Source: Minisyncoccota bacterium
GTDB taxonomy: Bacteria > Patescibacteriota > Minisyncoccia > Phycocordibacterales > UBA5272
Direction of reading: 5' to 3'
Assembly (NCBI GenBank): GCA_041651055.1
Contig: JBAZJW010000001.1
Location: 242,661-306,660, forward strand
DNA length: 64,000 bases
Shown here: positions 18,729 through 27,896 of the stretch, piece by piece
How positions within the stretch are numbered: position 1 is the stretch's first letter
Layout of the letters: every line of letters begins with the position of its first letter
Notes under the pieces: model-generated
What the model saw: the letters and a program-made list of their open reading frames with translations, nothing else
Told to the model about the DNA's origin: nothing
Databases searched by the model: none
Program-made: the position numbers and the translations under genes

Positions 18729-19868
18729 CTAAACTATCTTTTTCCCTTCTATACACATAAACAATGGGATTTCCTTTCGAGCTTTGTCCTCTGCTTGCTT
18801 CTTCGGACCACGTTCACTTTCGCGATGACTTACCCATTCTTCGAGATGCGTGATAGCGAAGCCTTGTTTTGCTATTGCTTTCACATACACCTGTAGTGGG
18901 CGATGGAATGATACGGTGAACTTTTTATCTTTTACACTTCCAGGTGTCATATCGATACGCACGTGCGACTCTGACATGTATTCGTCAACTCTGCGATACT
19001 GCACACCGGACTCTTCGTTGTACCCCCAGTAAGTTTGCTTTGGGTTTCGGTATGATGGATGGTTAAGTACAAAAATAAAGGAACCAGAAGAAGTAAGTAC
19101 ACGGGACACTTCTGCAATTGTTTTTTGAAGATTTTCAATATTCTGAAGTGCAAGCACACAGACAACAATATCAAACGTGACGTCTTTCAACATATACAAA
19201 TCATCAGCCGATGTGACCAAAAAGGCAACTTTATGTGTTCCTTTTTCTTTAATGGTTTCATTCTTTTCTTCGGCGAACTTAATGAGCTCTTTGCTTACAT
19301 CAACACCAGTTACATGTGCACCTTTATCACGAAGCTGTTGTGAGAAAATCCCCTGACCACACGCAAGATCAAGAACTTTTTTGCCTTCAATATCTCCAAG
19401 AAGACGGAGAAGATTCGGGAAAATAACTTGTGAGTGATACGTATCATCACCTTTTTCAAGATGCTTGTTATACCAATCGGCAACGCCACCCCAGGAAGTG
19501 TCGGGAACAGCCGGAAGCTTGGAGCTTCCAGCTGGAAGCTTTGATTCAAAGGTAGATGCTTTGTGTGCACGAGGAAGAGGTGCAGACTGTGGTTTGGAAT
19601 ATGAACGTGGTGCGCGAGCGGAGTATCCAGAATACACACGTGTTTCATTTCGTGTTGCGCCGGCTAGGCGTGATTCCTTTCCTTTGTATACGGGCTTTTC
19701 AGTACGAGCCGCGTATGGTGCTTTCTCAACGTAGAGAGCGGGAGTATTTTTATTTTTGTATGGATGACGAAGTGTCGCCTTTTCAGAACGTGGAGCGCGT
19801 TCGAAGTTGTTACGCTTGCCGCCTGATTTGGAATTAGAATACGATTTTTTTGAATCTGGTTTTTTCAT
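18729..19868 (-). CDS. Class I SAM-dependent methyltransferase with a long basic N-terminal extension
   Basis: VLDLACGQG motif I, FHRPL. About 120 aa of K/R/S/P-rich N-terminus. Confidence 0.88.
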   Translation of the reverse strand: MKKPDSKKSYSNSKSGGKRNNFERAPRSEKATLRHPYKNKNTPALYVEKAPYAARTEKPVYKGKESRLAGATRNETRVYSGYSARAPRSYSKPQSAPLPRAHKASTFESKLPAGSSKLPAVPDTSWGGVADWYNKHLEKGDDTYHSQVIFPNLLRLLGDIEGKKVLDLACGQGIFSQQLRDKGAHVTGVDVSKELIKFAEEKNETIKEKGTHKVAFLVTSADDLYMLKDVTFDIVVCVLALQNIENLQKTIAEVSRVLTSSGSFIFVLNHPSYRNPKQTYWGYNEESGVQYRRVDEYMSESHVRIDMTPGSVKDKKFTVSFHRPLQVYVKAIAKQGFAITHLEEWVSHRESERGPKKQAEDKARKEIPLFMCIEGKKIV

Positions 19869-20015
19869 AGATGGAGTATTTACGTTGTTGAAAATAATTA
19901 TACCATATTTTACAAAAAAGTACAGTTTCCCACGACTGAATTCATCTATCTTTACTTTTCATACTGTGGTGGTAGTATTCATGCATATCGTTTTTTCAAC
20001 CAAGGAGAATGAATC

Positions 20016-20309
20016 ATGAAGCTTCAATTTGTGGCCGGTTTGCGTGGAGTCTTTGGGACTCCAACGAAACACAACACTCTTGAGATCTTGCAGGATCAAG
20101 ATGGAAACTACCTTCTGGTCATCCAAGAATCCTGCGGTGATATGGGGGACATGCGCTCAGGAAGCATCAGAATCGAGTCGCCGAGTGGTGATATCTTGCA
20201 GCGCGAAACCTACAAATACATCGCCGGTCTTGCGGCACACATCCACGAGATGCATACAAAGCATCCTGACCATCCGGCATACCGGGTTACCGAAGACCCT
20301 TCAGCATGA
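20016..20309 (+). CDS. Orphan hypothetical protein
   Basis: AAGGAG RBS, TAGTAT promoter box and a downstream terminator GCGGCAGTCG/CGACTGCCGC followed by a T-tract. Confidence 0.7.
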   Translation: MKLQFVAGLRGVFGTPTKHNTLEILQDQDGNYLLVIQESCGDMGDMRSGSIRIESPSGDILQRETYKYIAGLAAHIHEMHTKHPDHPAYRVTEDPSA

Positions 20310-20506
20310 GCCCCCGCCGCGGCAGTCGTTTACGACTGCCGCACTTTTTTTATTGTGTACACAAAGAAGCGAAGTGTTTTACCTCAAGATTGATACGAGG
20401 TCAGCATTAGAGACACTGGATCCTCGATAGTCCCTTCAACTTCGTTCAGGATAAATAGTCGAGAATAACACAGGATTCCTAAAAACTATAAACCAGTGAC
20501 TAATAA

Positions 20507-22258
20507 CTATCTATCGGGAGGGACTTCGTAATAGGAAATCAGAAACTTAACCAACTTAAAAAACGGATCCGTAAGTGTCGCTGACGCATACTCTGCCCCT
20601 TTCGGATACGTGTGGAATAAGAAAATAATATACTTTGGTTCATACGCTGGGAAATAACCGAAGAACGAATGCAGATACCGATCATCGTAATATCCTCCTC
20701 CCGGCTTTACCATCTGCGCAGTACCAGTCTTCGCAGCAATCGTATAGTGATCCATTTTACGCGCACCTTTGGCGAGAGCTGTATCAACCACATGCACAAG
20801 CATACGAGAAATACGCTCACTCGCATCTGCGCTTATGACTTGCTCTGGCGCATCTGCTACTATTTTCTTGGTATCACCATTTTGATAAATGATACTGTCC
20901 ACCACATGAGGTGTCACAAGCTTGCCACCATTACCAAGTGCTGCGAGTGCGCGAATCGTTTGAATAGGCGTAATGGCGATACCTTGCCCGAATCCAGCAG
21001 TTGCACTATCAACAAATACTTTACTGTCCAAGTTCTTGGTGAGACCGCTTGCCTCACTCGGTAAGTCGATACCTGTCTCACTGCCGATGCCGAACTTTTT
21101 GAAATACTCCTGAAAATGCTTTGCTCCGAGCTGTTCAACAAGGAATACAATACCAACGTTCAGAGACTGGTCGAGAATCGCCTGCATCGAAGTATTCGGT
21201 CCACGCGCTCTACTATCAAAGTTTTTCACTTTGTAACCATTTAGATCACGGAATCCCGTGTCCGTGTAGACTGTGCTTGTTTCGTTTACTGCATTAGAAT
21301 CTATCGCAGAGGCCATAGTGATAGGTTTAATAATACTTCCCATTTCGTATACACCGGAAATATTTTGATTACTAAAAGCACTCGCATCCTTCACGTCAGC
21401 AAATTGATTCGGATCAAAAGAAGGAAGACCGTCCATCGCAATAATGGCACCAGTCTGTGGATCCATGATAATGCCACCAATGGTTTCTGATTGCCACTGG
21501 GATTTCGTTTCAACGAGAATATTGTGAAGGACGCGCTCTGCCTCACTATCTATCGTGAGCACGATATCCCCTTCTTCTTTATCTTTATTTGAAACAACAG
21601 TCTTCTCGATGTTAGCAAAAAGCTCTGCAAAGAAATTCACTGTCTGATCGCTACTATTTCGTGCGAGCACATCATCGTAGTATCGTTCAAGCCCATATTG
21701 CCCCTTCACTCGCGTACCATCATTTCCTACAAAGCCGAGAACCTTCGAGCCAACAGTCTCTTGCGGATATGCGCGTTTATTATCTTTGACAAACGATACC
21801 CCTGGGTACTTCATGGCTTTTATTTGTGCAACAATGTCACCATTCACATCTTTGGCTATTTCTTCATAGGGATCATTTTTCTTCGTAGCCTTTGCCATGA
21901 AGACATCTTTATCAAGAGGAATATAGGCATTTAATTTTGTATATAAAATCTCAGCGTTCGTAATAGCGCTCGGATCAAGCGCGATGCGATACGTGGTGCG
22001 GAGTTCAGCGGCCAAAATAGGTTCACCGTGAAAATGAGAAAAGAAAATAGTCCCTCTATCAAAATTGATTGGGGTAGTCGATATGTATTGTTTGTCTGCA
22101 AGTGCTGTGTAGGCATCATGCTTCACTACTTGTATATAAAATGCCTTACCCACGATCACAGAAGCAAGTACGAACCACACAAAGATAACAAGATGCGCCC
22201 GATATTCTGAGCGCAGCTTCTGGTCTTCGGTTATGGTTGTATCACTACTAGTGCGCAT
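20507..22258 (-). CDS. ftsI: Class B penicillin-binding protein (FtsI/PBP3-like)
   Basis: TM anchor, GLERYYD, SxxK (GSIIK), SLN and KTGTAQ. Follows mraZ-rsmH-ftsL. Confidence 0.88.
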   Translation of the reverse strand: MRTSSDTTITEDQKLRSEYRAHLVIFVWFVLASVIVGKAFYIQVVKHDAYTALADKQYISTTPINFDRGTIFFSHFHGEPILAAELRTTYRIALDPSAITNAEILYTKLNAYIPLDKDVFMAKATKKNDPYEEIAKDVNGDIVAQIKAMKYPGVSFVKDNKRAYPQETVGSKVLGFVGNDGTRVKGQYGLERYYDDVLARNSSDQTVNFFAELFANIEKTVVSNKDKEEGDIVLTIDSEAERVLHNILVETKSQWQSETIGGIIMDPQTGAIIAMDGLPSFDPNQFADVKDASAFSNQNISGVYEMGSIIKPITMASAIDSNAVNETSTVYTDTGFRDLNGYKVKNFDSRARGPNTSMQAILDQSLNVGIVFLVEQLGAKHFQEYFKKFGIGSETGIDLPSEASGLTKNLDSKVFVDSATAGFGQGIAITPIQTIRALAALGNGGKLVTPHVVDSIIYQNGDTKKIVADAPEQVISADASERISRMLVHVVDTALAKGARKMDHYTIAAKTGTAQMVKPGGGYYDDRYLHSFFGYFPAYEPKYIIFLFHTYPKGAEYASATLTDPFFKLVKFLISYYEVPPDR

Positions 22259-22565
22259 AGAGCACAGTATAACTTGCTATCGCATCTTTTCGCACGGCAA
22301 ATGTCGTACTATCAATACGCGTGTAATTATTTGAAGCCAGTGTTGATTCATTGATTGATGCAACACGGTTCGCGTAGGTTGTTTCAAGTGCACTCATCTC
22401 AGATGTAAGGTCGCGACTAGCAATCGTATTTTGCTTTCGTTCAATGACAGAAAAAACGAGGGAAAGCAAAATAACACAGTACGCGAGAGCGAGTACCAAG
22501 AGTGTACCGAACATCGTGTGTACTGTTCGCTGATAGAGTGTGAGTGATTGATAGTTTGGTGACAT
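22248..22565 (-). CDS. FtsL-like bitopic membrane protein
   Basis: One TM helix plus a short coiled coil, between rsmH and ftsI. The assignment is positional. Confidence 0.6.
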   Translation of the reverse strand: MSPNYQSLTLYQRTVHTMFGTLLVLALAYCVILLSLVFSVIERKQNTIASRDLTSEMSALETTYANRVASINESTLASNNYTRIDSTTFAVRKDAIASYTVLYAH

Positions 22566-22570
22566 AATGG

Positions 22571-23464
22571 TTATATTTTTTCTACGATTCGTAACTGGGC
22601 ACTGCGAGCACGTGGGTTGTTGTGTAATTCTTCTGACTGAGGCACGATAGCTTTTTTGTTAATCATTTTCAAACTGTCCCCTTGTGCACGTAATCCTTGT
22701 TTTACAATTCTGTCTTCCGTGCTATGAAAAGTAATGAATGATGCACGGCCGTGTGTGTGTAAAATAATTGGAAGTGATTCGATGAGGTCGTTGATACTTC
22801 CCAACTCATCGTTCACCGCCATTCGAAGTGCTTGAAATGTTTTGGTAGCAAAGTGCGTCTTCTTGTGACGATACATGGTAGGCACTGCGCCGGCAATGAT
22901 ATCCACAAGTGCAAGCGTGGTCGTAATAGGCTTTGACTTGCGGGCTTCTACAATGGCACGAGCGATACGGCCTCGATATGTCTCATCTGCAAACGCAAAG
23001 AGAATATCAGCGATGGTCGACTCACTCCACGAATTTACAATCTCGTATGCGGTCGTCATGTCATCTGAAGGATTGGCATCAAAAGTCATCGTAAGTGGCT
23101 CATCAAAGCGAAATGAAAATCCTCTCCCTGACTCATCGAGCTCCTGTGAAGAAAGACCGAGGTCAGCGAGCACTCCATCTACCTGCGTAATCTTCAGGTT
23201 ATGAAGTACTGCTTTGATATATCTAAAATTTGAATGAACGAAATGAATTGTTGGTGCCGGCTTCACAGTCTTCAATAAGACTTCTGCTTCAGCGAGTGCT
23301 TCTTGGTCAAGATCGATACAAATAAGTGTGCCGTCTTTTCCAAGTAACTTCGCTATCTCGAATGAATGCCCGCCTCGATTGGTTGTACAGTCGACGTAGA
23401 CGCCGCCCTTCTTGATTGCGAGGCCTTCGAGCGATTCATGTAAAAGTACGGGAATGTGGGACAT
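22571..23464 (-). CDS. rsmH: 16S rRNA m4C1402 methyltransferase
   Basis: HIPVLL, DLGLSS, FQALRMAVNDEL, ITFHSTEDRIVK, NPRARSA. Confidence 0.97.
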   Translation of the reverse strand: MSHIPVLLHESLEGLAIKKGGVYVDCTTNRGGHSFEIAKLLGKDGTLICIDLDQEALAEAEVLLKTVKPAPTIHFVHSNFRYIKAVLHNLKITQVDGVLADLGLSSQELDESGRGFSFRFDEPLTMTFDANPSDDMTTAYEIVNSWSESTIADILFAFADETYRGRIARAIVEARKSKPITTTLALVDIIAGAVPTMYRHKKTHFATKTFQALRMAVNDELGSINDLIESLPIILHTHGRASFITFHSTEDRIVKQGLRAQGDSLKMINKKAIVPQSEELHNNPRARSAQLRIVEKI

Positions 23465-23520
23465 ACCTAGTTGAAAGTCTTAAAGTCCATAAAGTCAAAA
23501 GGAGATACCATACAGAGAGA

Positions 23521-23955
23521 CTATAAGATGCCGAGGTCGCTTAACTTTCCAGCGAGAACATCGGCCTCACCACTTACCTTAGTCGTGAAAGACTTCCATG
23601 CCTCTTCATCCCAGATTTCTACTCGTGAATGCATTCCCGCAATAACAACTTTGTTTGAAAGCTTGGCAAATTCTTTTAACGTGTCAGGGATAACGATACG
23701 ACCCGCAGCATCAACGTCAGTTTCAAATGCATTTCCTAAAATGAAGCGATTGAAGTCACGGGTGTCTTTGTTACCAAAACCTGATTGCGATAATTTTTCT
23801 GCCACCTTCTCCCATTCTTTGATAGGAAAAACAAACAACGAGCTATCGAGACCATTGGTTACCACAACTTTCTTTCCCAAATCCGCGCGCCACTTTGATG
23901 GTAGCGTGAGTCGTTTTTTTGGATCGAGATCGTGTTTGTATTGGCCAATTAACAT
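23521..23955 (-). CDS. mraZ: Transcriptional regulator MraZ
   Basis: DPKKRLTLP and DAAGRIVIP repeats, RVEIW. Confidence 0.96.
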   Translation of the reverse strand: MLIGQYKHDLDPKKRLTLPSKWRADLGKKVVVTNGLDSSLFVFPIKEWEKVAEKLSQSGFGNKDTRDFNRFILGNAFETDVDAAGRIVIPDTLKEFAKLSNKVVIAGMHSRVEIWDEEAWKSFTTKVSGEADVLAGKLSDLGIL

Positions 23956-24034
23956 AGTTGATAGTTATTCGTTGGTCGTTGGTCGTTATTCGTTAAACAC
24001 GAATATAAATCAACTAAAAGCAGAGAAAGTGACT

Positions 24035-24073
24035 CCCACCACTTTGCCCCACTAGCAACCATTATACTCCACT
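24035..24073 (-). promoter_or_regulatory. mraZ promoter with MraZ-binding GTGG repeats
   Basis: (G/A)TGG recurs at exact 10-bp spacing (24039, 24049, 24059, 24069 on the + strand), overlapping TATAAT. Confidence 0.75.
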
Positions 24074-24209
24074 TTTGTTCTACAGCACTAGGAAATGAAG
24101 TGGATAAGTCGAGAAACAGTTTATAGTTACTAGTTTTTAGTTTCTAGTAAATACCTCAATACATAAAAAGCGCGTCCTTCGGACGCGCTTTTTATGTATA
24201 CTTAATATA

Positions 24210-24710
24210 TTACAAAAACTTATTATATAAATCAAAAACTTCTTCTGAATACGCAATAAAATGAACCTCTTCAAAAGAGTAATCTTTTTCCAGATAATTT
24301 TTTATTGTTTTAACGGCTATTTGTGTTGCCTCTTCTTTTGGATACCCAAATATACCAATTGAAAGTGCTGGGAATGCAATTCTTTTTATTCCATGTTCTT
24401 TTGCCTTATCTAAAACATTTTTATATGTTAATTTCAGAAGTTCTTTTTCCTTCCCATCTTCTTGGCCATATCGTGGAGCAACTGTATGTAAAATATATTT
24501 TGCTGGAAGTTTATATCCTCTAGTTACTTTAACCTCAGCTTTTTTGCAACCACCGAGTCTTGCACACTCTGAAGATAACTCTTGCCCTGCGGCATAATGA
24601 ATAGCCCCATTTACACCACTACCACCACATAAATACTCATTTGAAGAGTTAACAATTGCTTCTACATTAAATTTAGTTATGTCTCCCAAATAAACTTTTA
24701 TTCTCTTCAT
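24210..24710 (-). CDS. Macro-domain ADP-ribose hydrolase (YmdB/MacroD-like)
   Basis: GDIT, AIVNSSN..GGSGVNGAIH.AAG, HTVAP, FPALSIGIFGYP. The DNA is AT-rich. Confidence 0.93.
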   Translation of the reverse strand: MKRIKVYLGDITKFNVEAIVNSSNEYLCGGSGVNGAIHYAAGQELSSECARLGGCKKAEVKVTRGYKLPAKYILHTVAPRYGQEDGKEKELLKLTYKNVLDKAKEHGIKRIAFPALSIGIFGYPKEEATQIAVKTIKNYLEKDYSFEEVHFIAYSEEVFDLYNKFL

Positions 24711-24711
24711 T

Positions 24712-25023
24712 TTAATAATCAAGACCCTTTTCTAACATACAAGCTTTATATTCTGATTCATACGACTTAAAATTGTTACTAAAATCGTAATGTTCTCTTG
24801 AAAGAAGTTTATAACAATCTTTTCTAATTTCTGATGGTCTATACTGAAACCAATAAAATAACAAAATAAACACTATAAAAATAGTAATCAATTTAATATT
24901 TTGTCTCAAAAATTTGCCTGTAATTATTTTAATTCTATGCTCTACTGGAAATAAATGCATAACATCATCCATTGTGGTCTCATGTATAGAATTCCCTTTT
25001 TCATCTGTATAAGTTCTTCCCAT
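24712..25023 (-). CDS. Hypothetical single-TM protein, AT-rich
   Basis: MGRTYTDE... with a TM helix followed by FYWFQYRPSEIRKDC...YKACM. Tightly coupled to lysS and the macro-domain gene. Confidence 0.65.
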   Translation of the reverse strand: MGRTYTDEKGNSIHETTMDDVMHLFPVEHRIKIITGKFLRQNIKLITIFIVFILLFYWFQYRPSEIRKDCYKLLSREHYDFSNNFKSYESEYKACMLEKGLDY

Positions 25024-25027
25024 AAAT

Positions 25028-26485
25028 TTAATTTGTTTTTGGTTTAACAAGAGGAAAGAGGTGTACCTCTCGTATTGGTCTATCCGAAAGAAACGCAAAG
25101 ACTCTTTCACCGAATCCGAAGCCACATGTCGGAGGCATACCATGCTCGAGCATTTCCACGAATGAATCATCAACCATCATCGCCTCTTCATCCCCTCCTG
25201 CGAGCAATTCTTGCTGCTTTGCGAATCTCGCTGCCTGATCTACAGGATCATTTAATTCACTGTATCCTTTTCCTAATTCACTACCAGCTAAAATCGGCTG
25301 AAATATCTGCGCGGTCTCACTGCCGATATTCTTCTTGGCAAGTGGCGCCACGATAAGTGGGTGATTGATGAGGAATGCAGGTCCGGCAATATTCTTACGA
25401 CAATATTTCCACAATGTATCGATGAGACGCTCACGATTCGCACCTTCATACTTTACATGCGAAGCTTCGAGTTTCTTTTTTATGTCATCATCTGTCGCCG
25501 TTGTAATATCAATACCTGTTTGACGCATAATCTCATCAACATAATCTATTTTCGTCCATTCATCGGCGAGATCGAAGGTATGTCCACGTGTGGTAAATAC
25601 CGTCGTCCCGAAAACTTCCTTAGCAATCGTACGATATAATTCCTGAACAAGTGTCATGCCGTCTTCATAATCAGCGTAGGCCATATAAAATTCACAGTTT
25701 GTAAATTCTTGAAGATGGTCCGGTGACGAGCCCTCATTTCTATATGCACGACCGATTTCGAAAGTACGAGGAAATCCAGCAGCCATGAGACGCTTCTGCC
25801 ACAACTCACCGACAGAGATACGCATGAAGACATCAAGGTCAAAATCATTGTGATGCGTTGCAAATGGTCTCGCCTCAGCTCCACCTGTTGTCACTTCAAT
25901 ACTCGGAGTCTCCACTTCCAAGAATTTCTTTTCTTTCAAAAATGCACGGACGGTGTCCCAAAACTTGGCCTTCTTCTCGAAAAGTTCGCGGAGTTCTGGG
26001 TCTGTGAGAATGTCCAAGTATCTTTCACGCATACGAAGTTCTTCATCGACAATACCGTGATACTTATCAGGAAGTGGAAGCAGTGCTTTCGAAAGCATTG
26101 CCACATTTGAAACAAGGACACTTTCTTGACCGGACTTCGTGATGAACAATGTTCCTGTCACTTCGATGAAATCTCCGGTGTCTACGTAGTTTGTAAAGAA
26201 AGAGTGAGCATCTTCCCCTGATTCTGGTAACTTAATCACCGCTTGAAGTTTCGCAGTACCATCGTAGAGATCAATAAAGATAAGTGCACCTTGTCCACGA
26301 GATACCATCACTCGACCAGCGACAATCACTTGTACTTCATCTGTCACAAGCTTGGTAAAATTACGCACCACGTCACTTAATTCATGTGTACGACGAGAAA
26401 CACTCGGGTAGCCTGATTTGCCAGTGCTTTCTAGTGCTGCTAATTTCTTGAGGCGCTCTGCGCGAAGTTCTTCGATGGAAGCCAT
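25028..26485 (-). CDS. lysS: Lysine--tRNA ligase (class II)
   Basis: RERYLD, GGAEARPF, YRNEG, YSELNDP, GMPPTCGFGFG. Confidence 0.97.
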   Translation of the reverse strand: MASIEELRAERLKKLAALESTGKSGYPSVSRRTHELSDVVRNFTKLVTDEVQVIVAGRVMVSRGQGALIFIDLYDGTAKLQAVIKLPESGEDAHSFFTNYVDTGDFIEVTGTLFITKSGQESVLVSNVAMLSKALLPLPDKYHGIVDEELRMRERYLDILTDPELRELFEKKAKFWDTVRAFLKEKKFLEVETPSIEVTTGGAEARPFATHHNDFDLDVFMRISVGELWQKRLMAAGFPRTFEIGRAYRNEGSSPDHLQEFTNCEFYMAYADYEDGMTLVQELYRTIAKEVFGTTVFTTRGHTFDLADEWTKIDYVDEIMRQTGIDITTATDDDIKKKLEASHVKYEGANRERLIDTLWKYCRKNIAGPAFLINHPLIVAPLAKKNIGSETAQIFQPILAGSELGKGYSELNDPVDQAARFAKQQELLAGGDEEAMMVDDSFVEMLEHGMPPTCGFGFGERVFAFLSDRPIREVHLFPLVKPKTN

Positions 26486-26629
26486 AATGAATAGTTTTTA
26501 GTTTACAGTTCTTAGTTTACAGTATACATGCGTATATACATACAATACTAACAAATCACACACTATTCGTCGATAAAAGAAAGAAGGAAACTTGATTGCT
26601 TCCTTCTTTCTAAAAACTAAAAACTATCC

Positions 26630-27091
26630 CTATGCTGTTCCTTTGATTGTGTACGATACGTCACCTTTTGGTGTTGTAACGGTAATCGTATCCCCCTTCT
26701 TCTTGCCGAGAAGAGCAGACCCGAGAGGAGATTCGTTTGAAATCTTTCCTGAAATTGAGTCAGCTTCTTCACTCCCTACAAGCGCAAATGTCTTTTCTGC
26801 TTTATCGCCTTTCTTAAGAACCGTAACCGTTGATCCAACATGAATCACACCGACGGCTGCGGTATTTGTTTCCATAATAACCGCATTCTTAAGAATCTGT
26901 TCAACGTGATTAATACGATCTTCACAGTTTGCCTGATCTTCACGTGCCTGATGATATTCAGCATTTTCTGAAAGATCACCAAGAGACTTCGCATACTCAA
27001 GAGCATCCGCAATCTCTTTGCGACGAACCGTTTTCAATTGATTGAGCTCATTTTCGAGCTCTGTTTTCTTTTCAAGTGTTAAATATTCCAT
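26630..27091 (-). CDS. greA: Transcription elongation factor GreA
   Basis: GDLSENAEY, ISNESPLGSALLG. Confidence 0.97.
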   Translation of the reverse strand: MEYLTLEKKTELENELNQLKTVRRKEIADALEYAKSLGDLSENAEYHQAREDQANCEDRINHVEQILKNAVIMETNTAAVGVIHVGSTVTVLKKGDKAEKTFALVGSEEADSISGKISNESPLGSALLGKKKGDTITVTTPKGDVSYTIKGTA

Positions 27092-27212
27092 AGTTTTGTT
27101 GCAAAATTATACCACCAAAGGTGTCTTTTTTGTAGATTGACAAAGGTCTTTATTTGTTACATAATACGATTCTCTTTAACGGTTCTTTTTTATTTTCTGG
27201 AGGCACCCCATC

Positions 27213-27743
27213 ATGGTTCGTTTTCTCATTGCCATTCTTACAAGCCTTGTGCTTGCTCCCGCTTTCGCTGAGGAGGTCAGCATCTACCGCGTGAGAAACC
27301 TTCTCAACGGAACCGAACGATGTGAACAACATGTTCGAGACGGAATGACACGAGTCGTGAGCGAGTGCCAGACGAATCGCTGGCTGAGTACTGTCAAGGG
27401 AAGCATGGACGGTAAAACCGAAGTTGCCATGTCACCTGATGGAATCATCTCCAGCATGGGATTCTCGGTTGCTCCGAGAGACCTTCTCCCTGGCATGAAA
27501 GCCTATGGTCTTTCCGTGACCACAGTGAACGGCAAGACTGCCGAACTCGAATTTTCTTTGAGCGCAAGAAGAGAAGGACCCTACACCGTGGTCGAAATTG
27601 TTTCAGCTGGTGGAGCACTGGTCTCCGTCTGCGGTTACACCACAGACTACGACAACCCTGAATGGGTTGACTCCATCATTCAAGACGGCAGAAAAAAGCT
27701 CTCTCACGAGAGCGCTATCCGAATGCTGTTTGTACACCGGTAA
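27213..27743 (+). CDS. Orphan secreted hypothetical protein
   Basis: Signal peptide (..LAPAFA), TTGACA-17-CATAAT promoter, GGAGG RBS and a downstream terminator. Confidence 0.75.
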   Translation: MVRFLIAILTSLVLAPAFAEEVSIYRVRNLLNGTERCEQHVRDGMTRVVSECQTNRWLSTVKGSMDGKTEVAMSPDGIISSMGFSVAPRDLLPGMKAYGLSVTTVNGKTAELEFSLSARREGPYTVVEIVSAGGALVSVCGYTTDYDNPEWVDSIIQDGRKKLSHESAIRMLFVHR

Positions 27744-27896
27744 GACCTGACCAACCGGCCGACTAAACAAAACCACCGCAACGGTGGCTTTTTTATTTCT
27801 CAAAACTCTCCCTTTTTGTCTAGGTCTTGCCTATACAATGTGAATCATTTTATTTTAATAGTGAAAATTGTTTCATTAAATATTTCCACCAAATGT

